A DNA stretch of 64,000 nucleotides from Patescibacteria group bacterium (lineage in GTDB: Bacteria > Patescibacteriota > Patescibacteriia > UBA9934). The notes beneath the pieces are model-generated. The model was not told the origin of the DNA and made no database searches. It saw only the letters and a list, made by a program, of their open reading frames with translations. The stretch lies in assembly GCA_018062825.1 (NCBI GenBank), contig JAGORL010000001.1, forward strand, positions 314,758-378,757. The letters run 5' to 3'. The translations under genes and the position numbers were made by a program. Shown here one piece after another: positions 17,444 through 24,460 of the stretch (position 1 is the stretch's first letter; every line of letters starts with the position of its first letter).

Positions 17444-18603
17444 TCGATGATGAAGTGTTAGATTTGATAGCCTTTCTAAAGGCCAAAGATGGCATAGGCA
17501 ATAAAGCTTCTCTAATGAAGGCTGTGTTGGATCAATTTAGATTAACGAAAGATCGATCTGTTTACTACTCTGAACATCTTGCTATTCGTTTTAGCTCATC
17601 GGGATCAACGAGTTTTTCTAACACCGTACTCTCCCTATCAAATCTCCAGAAATTCGACGAACTTCCATTCTTGGTGTGTCTCGTCACTCCAAATACAAAT
17701 GTTATTTACCTAGCAAACTCAACATTCCTTATAAAAATTAGTCACAGTTCGCAACAATTACGGATCGACAATATCCGTGGAAGCTTCAACGGTTCAGATA
17801 TTTGCAAAGTATTTAATGACCTACCGAACTCACCCGAAAACTTTGAAAAGCTATTTGCCATTCATGAAGAATTGGGCTTTGCTGAGAATCTTCCCCGTCT
17901 CGTTGAAGCGACGACTGGTATTGTTCCTTCAGGGAAGAAGTTTGATGTTTCGAACGAAGGAAAAAAGATGATTTTATCAGCTCCCGAAAGAGCGGTCGAG
18001 TTCATCAACTCAAGTGAATACATCGAGTTAAAGACCCATCTAGACGAGATGGTTGCACGTTACAAAGATGAAATCCTGATTGCAGGATTCATTGAAAACG
18101 TAAATATACGAGGAAGAATAATCGAATACCTTATCGCAGGCGAAGACGAAGAATTACGAGCTACACTAGTTAGTGAACTACGCAAGGAAGGTAGCAAGGT
18201 CTCACGCTTCGCAACGAAAAACGACTTAGGCGATTATGTTCGCATTTTTGACAAATTTCATACCGCAACAGATGTTAAGACAAAAATCATGGTCTTAAAA
18301 TCAAATCCAAAAGCCTACAACATCGATAAAATTCTGCATTTTCTTACGCATGAAAAAAGTGTTTTCATGTTTTATTTCATTGGAATTGAGCCTAACAAGA
18401 TCGTCGCACAAGTGCTGGTTTCTGTGTTCCAAAAAGACCTACTCAGGTCAACCATTCTCTTGAAACATTGGGCTGGCAGAAACTCACGAGGTGTTACTCA
18501 ATTCGAAGGTGAAACTATCCATAAACTAATCCTCTCATCAAATAATGATATCGACCTTAAGGAAAGTAAAAAATTCCTCAGAGAGTTGATTGAGCTGGTT
18601 TGA
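17440..18603 (+). CDS. Putative cognate Type II restriction endonuclease (387 aa, no recognisable motif).
   Basis: The start overlaps the MTase stop (ATGA), which suggests co-transcription. Its size and position fit an R subunit. The sequence itself gives no family assignment. Confidence 0.4.
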   Translation: MIDDEVLDLIAFLKAKDGIGNKASLMKAVLDQFRLTKDRSVYYSEHLAIRFSSSGSTSFSNTVLSLSNLQKFDELPFLVCLVTPNTNVIYLANSTFLIKISHSSQQLRIDNIRGSFNGSDICKVFNDLPNSPENFEKLFAIHEELGFAENLPRLVEATTGIVPSGKKFDVSNEGKKMILSAPERAVEFINSSEYIELKTHLDEMVARYKDEILIAGFIENVNIRGRIIEYLIAGEDEELRATLVSELRKEGSKVSRFATKNDLGDYVRIFDKFHTATDVKTKIMVLKSNPKAYNIDKILHFLTHEKSVFMFYFIGIEPNKIVAQVLVSVFQKDLLRSTILLKHWAGRNSRGVTQFEGETIHKLILSSNNDIDLKESKKFLRELIELV

Positions 18604-18616
18604 ATTGGTCGTCCTT

Positions 18617-20175
18617 ATGAAAGCCGTAATTCTTGCTCGGGTTTCAACTGAAGAGCAGAAGGATGCAGGAAACTCTCTTCCTGCACAGATTGAGCGTATT
18701 CAATCTTACTGCCAAAGAAAAGGATTCGCCGTAGCAGAGGTATTTAGCTTTGATGAAAGCGCATATAAAACTAAACGTGATGAGTTCGATAAGATTTTAG
18801 AGTTCCTAGAAAAGACCACAGAAAAGATTGCAGTTTGTTTCGATAAAGTTGATAGGCTCTCACGCAACGTTTTTGATAAACGTGTTTCCACGCTCTACGA
18901 AAAGGCAGTCAACGATCAGATTGAGCTTCACTTTGTCTCAGACGGACAGATCATCAATAATCAAATGTCGGCCGTAGAAAAGTTTCAGTTCGGCATGAGC
19001 TTGGGATTGGCTAAATACTATTCAGATGCTATCAGCGATAACGTAGTACGGGCATTTGAACAAAAAAGACGTGATGGTGAAATTACTGGTCGCTGTCGGA
19101 TCGGCTACATCAATGCCCTTGACCCAATGGGCAATAAAACTGTCTCCCCCGATCCTGACAGATCGCACTTGGTAATAAAGATTTTCGAGATGTACGGTAC
19201 AGGCAATCACTCAATGAAGACTATTCTTGAAGACCTTACCAAAGCTGGGTTGCGAAGTAGGGATGGTTTTAAGCTCTCGAAAAGCAGTATTGAGAACATC
19301 CTACGGGAACCTTTTTATCACGGGATCGCTCGATCCAAGAAATATAATCAAGACTATCCGCACAAGTACGAACGGTTGATCAGTAAAGAGCTTTTTGACC
19401 GTTGCCAAAAAATCAGACTAACCAGAAAGAAGGAGCCATATAAAGCTCTCTCTAAAGATTTCATTTTCAAAGGCCTACTTCGTTGCCAAAACTGCAATTG
19501 CACGATGACCCCTGAAATCAAAAAGGGACGCTTTATTTACTATTCCTGTACCAACTCCAAGGGACAATGCAAGCGGGTCTATGTGCCAGAGAATCAGCTC
19601 CTAAAGCCCGTATACGACGTTCTGAGCCGTTTGTCTGGTATCTCAGAAGGAATACAGAACCTTCTCGTTACAGAGCTTCGTAAGACCACAGAAGCCGAGG
19701 TAGCCTTTCATCAGGCTCAGCTTGGACGTATTCGAAATGAGCAGGATCAGTTTACTAAGCGAAAGGACGCTTTGCTCGACTACCTTCTCGACCAGAGTAT
19801 TACTAAGGAATTACTAAGGATCAGTATGACAAGAAACTGCAAGAGATCATGGACAGGCTTCAGACCCTCAGCCTTGAATTAGAAGAACATTCACGGGCTG
19901 ACTATGATTATCAAACTACAGTAGCTACGGTACTTTCCCTTGCTCGTCGGGCAAAGGATATTTTCGATAGTTCTGAAAACCACGAAAAGAGAGCCTTTAT
20001 AAACTATCTCATTCAGAACCCAACCGTAGCAGGTAAGGAACTTGTCTTTAACCTCAGAAAGCCTTTTGATTTAGTGCTAAATCTTGCAGATGAACAAAAA
20101 AAGACGGTCAACGTTTCCGCTGATCGTCCTTCTTGGCTCGGGGGGTGGGGATCGAACCCACGGCCAATTGGTTAA
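18617..20175 (+). pseudogene. Large serine recombinase (resolvase/invertase N-domain plus recombinase and zinc-ribbon domains), frameshifted by an 11-bp tandem duplication at 19799-19820. The 3' end overlaps tRNA-Asn.
   Basis: N-terminus AVILARVSTEEQ (catalytic Ser). Central recombinase domain and a Cys-rich motif (CQNCNCTM...C). The reading frame switches to the +2 frame (ORF 19849-20175) exactly at the duplicated ATTACTAAGGA. Deleting one copy restores ...LDQSITKDQYDKKLQEIMDRLQTL... Confidence 0.75.
19799..19820 (+). repeat. Exact 11-bp tandem duplication (ATTACTAAGGA x2) that frameshifts the serine recombinase.
   Basis: Direct reading of the sequence: tATTACTAAGGAATTACTAAGGAtcag. Confidence 0.9.
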
Positions 20176-20208
20176 CAGCCAACTGCTCTGCCGCTGAGCT
20201 ACCCCCGA
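20134..20208 (-). tRNA. tRNA-Asn (anticodon GUU), 75 nt, with CCA encoded.
   Basis: Minus-strand read: UCGGGGG-UA-GCUC-AGCGGCA-GAGC-A-GUUGG-CUGUUAA-CCAAU-UGGCC-GUGGG-UUCGAUC-CCCAC-CCCCCGA-G-CCA. All stems pair. U1-A72 and G73 are as in bacterial tRNA-Asn. Confidence 0.9.
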
Positions 20209-20320
20209 ATATATTGGGTTGAATTGAACGGGGAAATAATACCCACATCCTAAAAAAATGACAAGTCGGTCCGCTATGGGCATGTGGGCAACGGATATAT
20301 GAAGAATGTCCATTATTTCA

Positions 20321-20349
20321 TTGACAAAATCTCAAAAATAGGGTATATT
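20321..20349 (+). promoter_or_regulatory. Consensus sigma70 promoter: TTGACA, 17-nt spacer, TATATT.
   Basis: Perfect -35 hexamer at 20321-20326 and -10 at 20344-20349. An RBS, GAGAGG, precedes the ATG at 20390. Confidence 0.6.
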
Positions 20350-20389
20350 CGTAACTCGCACTTTCGCGAGGATAGTTGAGAGGTACGCC

Positions 20390-20767
20390 ATGAGCAGCAG
20401 CCCTGCACTCCTGCCAGTCGCAAGCGACAAGAGCGGCGACGAACAGTCGGGAGTCACGACTCTCGACTTCCTCCTGAGCATCGACGGCACGAGCGCCGGC
20501 GTTCGTAGGCGTTACGAGAAGGAAGGATTCGGAAGCATCGTGACCACCTGGACGGGCTCCCTCGAAGAGTTCAGTCGGGCGTTCCTCACCGCTGTCAACG
20601 TGGACACCAAGGAGGTGCACATCATCCTCCAGCGCTGCACGTCACAGTACAAGCCGGGAACGATCGAGGGGCGCAGGATGGTCGGCGAAGCCACGTTCAT
20701 CATGTCCAACCGCATGTTCAACGAGGTCTACGACCGCGTCTGCCCGCCTCCCGAGGTCGCACACTGA
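20390..20767 (+). CDS. Hypothetical protein (125 aa) in a GC-rich islet, located across tRNA-Asn from the AT-rich island.
   Basis: Strong promoter, RBS and terminator. ~60% GC. No family recognised. Confidence 0.55.
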   Translation: MSSSPALLPVASDKSGDEQSGVTTLDFLLSIDGTSAGVRRRYEKEGFGSIVTTWTGSLEEFSRAFLTAVNVDTKEVHIILQRCTSQYKPGTIEGRRMVGEATFIMSNRMFNEVYDRVCPPPEVAH

Positions 20768-20784
20768 CGCACAACGCAGAGTCT

Positions 20785-20814
20785 GAGCCGCGCCCGGCCC
20801 AGGCTCTTTTGTTT
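20785..20814. terminator. Bidirectional terminator GAGCC-gcgcccggccca-GGCTC followed by TTTTGTTT.
   Basis: Lies between the convergent genes 20390-20767 (+) and 20813-21340 (-). Confidence 0.6.
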
Positions 20815-21340
20815 ATAAAGCTTCAGAAGTAGAGGTAAGGCTAGCGTAGGGGAAAAGAACACCAAAGTCTTCGCACCACAACACGACGGAGCCAAGATCG
20901 GCGCCTTCAGGAAGTTCGTAATTTTGATCGCCCTTATTGCCTTTAAGTGGCCCAAGGTCCACATAGTCGCCCAGGCTCTCAAGTGAACGACCAGGAACGG
21001 CGGCTGGTGAGAGATACACACGAACATCCGGTCCGTTAACTACCGAAAAGTTTTCAAAACGCAGATAGGTTTTGCCGTCAGGATAGCTAATAACCTTCGC
21101 ATCACCTTCACCGGTATGCAAAAGGTCAGCATCAACAAATGATCCAGTCGCAATAATGCTTGGTTCTGGGGCGATCATCTCGCCATTTTCATCAGCGATC
21201 ATCATTTCTTCAGAAACTGGCGGCAGCGCTTCATTCACCGTAGTTGATTGGAAGTACGTATAAAAACCAAAGAAATAGATGATAAGACCGGTGACCGTTA
21301 ACCCAAGTACAAGAAGCAGGATAAGGCGGAGATTTTTCAT
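20813..21340 (-). CDS. DM13-domain protein with an N-terminal TM anchor.
   Basis: DM13-like C-terminal region (YVDLGPLKGNKGDQNYELP). Start chosen at MKNLRLILLL. Confidence 0.5.
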   Translation of the reverse strand: MKNLRLILLLVLGLTVTGLIIYFFGFYTYFQSTTVNEALPPVSEEMMIADENGEMIAPEPSIIATGSFVDADLLHTGEGDAKVISYPDGKTYLRFENFSVVNGPDVRVYLSPAAVPGRSLESLGDYVDLGPLKGNKGDQNYELPEGADLGSVVLWCEDFGVLFPYASLTSTSEAL

Positions 21341-21458
21341 ATAAGGTAAGTATAAAGGGAAACGAAAAACCATGCACCTGTCAGCGATCGCTGCCAAGAG
21401 GTGCATGGTGTGGAGCTAATGCGCGGCGTAGTAACAAAAAATGCTGATAAGTAAAGAA

Positions 21459-21743
21459 TTATGCTCCCCAGAGTTCTTCAAGCTTGGCAGCAACCACCGC
21501 GGGCTCGCTCGTATAGATATAAAAAGTCTGCATAGCAATGAGGCTATACACCGTCACAAACAAGCCTGCTGGTACGGTTTTATGCTTGAGCCGCGGCGAA
21601 CGACTACGCACGGATTCAATCGGTCCAAGCACGATTTTGGTTACAAGTACAAGTTTTGCGATATCACGAAAAAGATCCTCTGCAGGATCGATCACCGTTG
21701 TGTGTCGGCTTGTAAATTTTGACCCAGCAAGATGTCGTGGCAT
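21459..21743 (-). CDS. Hypothetical small membrane protein (94 aa).
   Basis: ORF with one predicted TM helix. No confident family assignment. Confidence 0.3.
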   Translation of the reverse strand: MPRHLAGSKFTSRHTTVIDPAEDLFRDIAKLVLVTKIVLGPIESVRSRSPRLKHKTVPAGLFVTVYSLIAMQTFYIYTSEPAVVAAKLEELWGA

Positions 21744-21781
21744 GATATTTCTGTCATCCCGAACGAAGTGAGGGATCTCAT

Positions 21782-22084
21782 ATGAGGATTGAAAAACAGT
21801 ACTACGTATACATCATGACTAATGATCGTGGCAATGTCATGTATGTTGGCGTAACGAATAATCTGCTACGAAGAGTTGAGGAGCATAGGAGTGGCAAGGG
21901 ATCAGTATTTACCACAAAATACAAAGTCACCGTACTCGTACATTTTGAACAGGGAACAGATATTCACGGAGCATTATCGCGAGAGAAGGAAATTAAAAGC
22001 TGGCGTCGTCAAAAGAAAGACGACCTTGTGGTAAAAAGTAATCCAGAATGGCAAGATCTTTACCCGGCATTACGAGGAGCTTAA
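21782..22084 (+). CDS. GIY-YIG nuclease-family small protein (COG2827 / URI-domain type).
   Basis: YVYIMTNDRGNVMYVGVTNNLLRRVEEH matches the GIY-(10 aa)-YIG block with the conserved R and E. GAGGGA RBS. Confidence 0.7.
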   Translation: MRIEKQYYVYIMTNDRGNVMYVGVTNNLLRRVEEHRSGKGSVFTTKYKVTVLVHFEQGTDIHGALSREKEIKSWRRQKKDDLVVKSNPEWQDLYPALRGA

Positions 22085-22087
22085 GAA

Positions 22088-22120
22088 GAGATCCCTCCCT
22101 CGGCCGTAGCCCGGCCACGG
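22088..22120. repeat. REP-like 33-bp hairpin element, copy 1 (TCCCCTCGGCCGTAGCCCGGCCACGGGCGAGGC).
   Basis: ~10-bp imperfect stem CCTCGGCCGT/ACGGGCGAGG. A near-identical copy is at 36593-36625. Confidence 0.55.
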
Positions 22121-22183
22121 GCGAGGCGGCTGTGCCTCGGGATGACAGATACGGGAGAGTCGTGCATGATATTGATAATAGCT

Positions 22184-22636
22184 ATGCAATCAAAAGAAAC
22201 AACCGTCGCGCTTTACCTCAAGAGCCTCGCTCCTGAGCAAGCAGCCACTCTCAAGAAGGTACGCGCTTTTGTGAAGAAGCACCTACCAAAAGGGTATCAA
22301 GAAACCATGCAGTACGGCATGATCACGTATGTTGTGCCATTAAAAATGTACCCTGCTGGTTACCTTGGTAAGAAAGATGTAGCTTTGCCGTATGTATCAA
22401 TCGCGGCCCAGAAAAACTACAACGCCATTTATCTCTCAAACATGTATAGCGACAGTTCGCTCAAAAAGCGCTTTGACGCTGCCTACAAAGCAAGTGGCAA
22501 AAAACTTAATATGGGCAAGTCGTGCTTACGCTTTCAAACGATTGAAGACATTGCGCTTGAAGCTGTGGCGATCGCCGTTGCTACAAGTACACCACAAGCA
22601 ATCATACAAATGTACGAAAAGAGTCGGTCACGATAA
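22184..22636 (+). CDS. DUF1801 (YdhG-like) domain protein, second copy (alternative starts at 22142 and 22166).
   Basis: From MQSKETT, VALYLKSLAPEQAATLKKVRAFVKKHLP matches the DUF1801 N-terminal pattern. Paralogous to the gene at 6309-6677. Confidence 0.5.
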   Translation: MQSKETTVALYLKSLAPEQAATLKKVRAFVKKHLPKGYQETMQYGMITYVVPLKMYPAGYLGKKDVALPYVSIAAQKNYNAIYLSNMYSDSSLKKRFDAAYKASGKKLNMGKSCLRFQTIEDIALEAVAIAVATSTPQAIIQMYEKSRSR

Positions 22637-22668
22637 GAAAAGAAACGGCCTCGGCCGTTTCTTTGTTT

Positions 22669-23178
22669 CTAGTTCACCGCAACACGTAGCACCTTGTACG
22701 TCGCTTTACCTTGTGGAGTTTTCACGCTCACCTCATCACCAACGTGCGCACCAAGAAGCGCTTCACCAAGCGGTGATGATCGAGAGATGGTGCCGTGCGC
22801 CGGATTTGTTTCTTGCGAACCCACGATCGTAAAGGTTAATTCTTTAGTGTTCCACTGCACGGTAACGGTGGAACCAATATGCACCTTGCCATCATCAACA
22901 ACCTCAATGACAACCGCTTTTTTAATACGATCATCAAGTGAAAGAATCCGGCTATTCACTTGCCGTAATTTATTCTTTGCAACTTGATACGCAGCGTTCT
23001 CAGAAAGATCACCCATCTGAGACGTGCGGGCAACTTCATCTGCCCATTGTGGTCGTTCAACTTTGGTCAGGCGCTCAAGGTCACGCTGCATGGCAGCAAG
23101 TTTGGCTGGTGTTACTGAGTAATCAGTGCGTTCATCAAGAGCGCGCATGAGTTCAGATTTCCTGGTGGGAATTCGCAT
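22669..23178 (-). CDS. greA: Transcription elongation factor GreA.
   Basis: GDLSENAAY motif with an N-terminal coiled coil and a C-terminal FKBP-like domain (RVNSRILSLDDRI...). Confidence 0.85.
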   Translation of the reverse strand: MRIPTRKSELMRALDERTDYSVTPAKLAAMQRDLERLTKVERPQWADEVARTSQMGDLSENAAYQVAKNKLRQVNSRILSLDDRIKKAVVIEVVDDGKVHIGSTVTVQWNTKELTFTIVGSQETNPAHGTISRSSPLGEALLGAHVGDEVSVKTPQGKATYKVLRVAVN

Positions 23179-23179
23179 A

Positions 23180-24379
23180 TTACGAAGTACGAACGCCAGA
23201 GATAGTAACGCCCGAGCGAGTCAGTTCAAATGGAGTAGTAATACCGTGAAGAACACCGTGTTCGGCAACACTTTGCTCTAAAAAGATCACACCACGGTCT
23301 GGCGTATCTTCAGCAAGCTTGGAAGCGATATTTACAGGGTTACCCGCAATGTCAAAGCCACCACGATCAAGGGTAAAGATGAGCACTTCTCCGGAGCAGA
23401 CGCCAACGTTTGCCAAGAGTCCGTTATCAAGCGCAGCTTGGCGTAGAGAAAGTGCAGCCTCCAGTGCCTCAACCTTGCTCTCACAAGAAATGATACCTAA
23501 CCGACCGTCGGCTTTAATGATGGTGCACTTGTAGTTGCGCAGCGCGTTATGCATGAGTGCATTAGCGGCTACATTATTTACGAGCGTATTTAAAAGACTG
23601 TCAGCAGGTTTTTGAAAAACACGAAACAGAACGATCGTGGTTTCACGAACACGCGCCGTGTGCAGGGCGTGAACCGCGGCAGCATCATGCATGTCGAGCG
23701 TGCGGAGTGACACATGAAATGAGCGATCAAAGGGCGCTGGATAGAAAACGTCCTTACTCATGGCAGCGACAGTGGGGAAGTCAGTATGCTGTAAAACATG
23801 GTTCTCACCTCGTCGTTCCGAGAGCTTGAGGTGTTCAGGAAGTTCGGCATGGATAGTCTCGGAAACAATGACTTCACCAGCTTTCGATTCTTCTTCGGTA
23901 AACTCTTCAATCTCATCAGCCTCATCGCCATAGAGCCCGCCGCCAATCTCATACACATGGGCTTTGTGTAAGCCAATACCAACCTGCACTGCACAGCTGG
24001 CAATGCGGCGCTGCGCAGCAATCATGTGCGTAACAACGTCTTCAGATGGCGTGGTGGCGTCATAGAACATCTGGGTGTTGTCAGCAGCCCATACGCCCAT
24101 AGCTTGGCCTCCAATCGCCTTACCGTGAGCGTGAATGATCTCTTTAGGATCATTCACTAGCTTCATCACTTCAATCAGCGATTTGCCTTGACTGAGTTTT
24201 GAGAGGCCAGTGGAATCTGAACAAGCAATAATGCCATGCCGCTCATATGGCTTCAAAAGTGCGTCATGCGTAGCAAGGCCGCCATCACTTTCAACCCAGG
24301 CCTGAATGAGGTCGGTTGGAATTGGACCAGCAACATCTTGATTGAGGTCAAAAAAGGCAGGAATGATTGGTCGAGGCAT
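23180..24379 (-). CDS. Protein with two tandem, divergent class-III nucleotidyl-cyclase-homology-like domains (pseudo-heterodimer architecture); function unknown.
   Basis: Domain 1 has D-S-T-G-L-S, matching DxxGFT, and KAIGGQAM in place of KxIGDxxM. Domain 2 ends with GNPVNIASKL, matching GDxVNxA(S)R(L/M). The catalytic Asp residues are partly replaced. Ends 1 nt before the greA start. Confidence 0.35.
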   Translation of the reverse strand: MPRPIIPAFFDLNQDVAGPIPTDLIQAWVESDGGLATHDALLKPYERHGIIACSDSTGLSKLSQGKSLIEVMKLVNDPKEIIHAHGKAIGGQAMGVWAADNTQMFYDATTPSEDVVTHMIAAQRRIASCAVQVGIGLHKAHVYEIGGGLYGDEADEIEEFTEEESKAGEVIVSETIHAELPEHLKLSERRGENHVLQHTDFPTVAAMSKDVFYPAPFDRSFHVSLRTLDMHDAAAVHALHTARVRETTIVLFRVFQKPADSLLNTLVNNVAANALMHNALRNYKCTIIKADGRLGIISCESKVEALEAALSLRQAALDNGLLANVGVCSGEVLIFTLDRGGFDIAGNPVNIASKLAEDTPDRGVIFLEQSVAEHGVLHGITTPFELTRSGVTISGVRTS

Positions 24380-24460
24380 AATAATGGATGCATAGTAGCA
24401 AATAATAGAGATTGAGCCAGCAAACTAAAACCCCAGCGTTAATGCCGGGGTTTTATGTTT

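Larger units (their letters stand above)
13100..20172. mobile_element. Integrated genomic island / integrative mobilisable element at the tRNA-Asn 3' half.
   Basis: - ~40% GC block against a ~49% background.
- Carries two cargo genes of unknown function, a Rep_trans initiator, an Xis-family HTH, a Type II R-M pair, and a large serine recombinase.
- The recombinase ORF ends with its TAA in the tRNA-Asn anticodon loop, so the tRNA 3' half is encoded within the recombinase 3' end.
- The left boundary is only approximate, set at the GC transition near repeat B. Confidence 0.6.

Noticed and set aside
23180-24379. Pycsar/CBASS-type cyclic-nucleotide defence system built around the tandem cyclase-like gene.
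   Set aside because: No effector-type neighbour (TIR, TM-cNMP-binding, patatin, nuclease) is present. The gene is flanked by greA and the adhesin, and its catalytic residues are degenerate.
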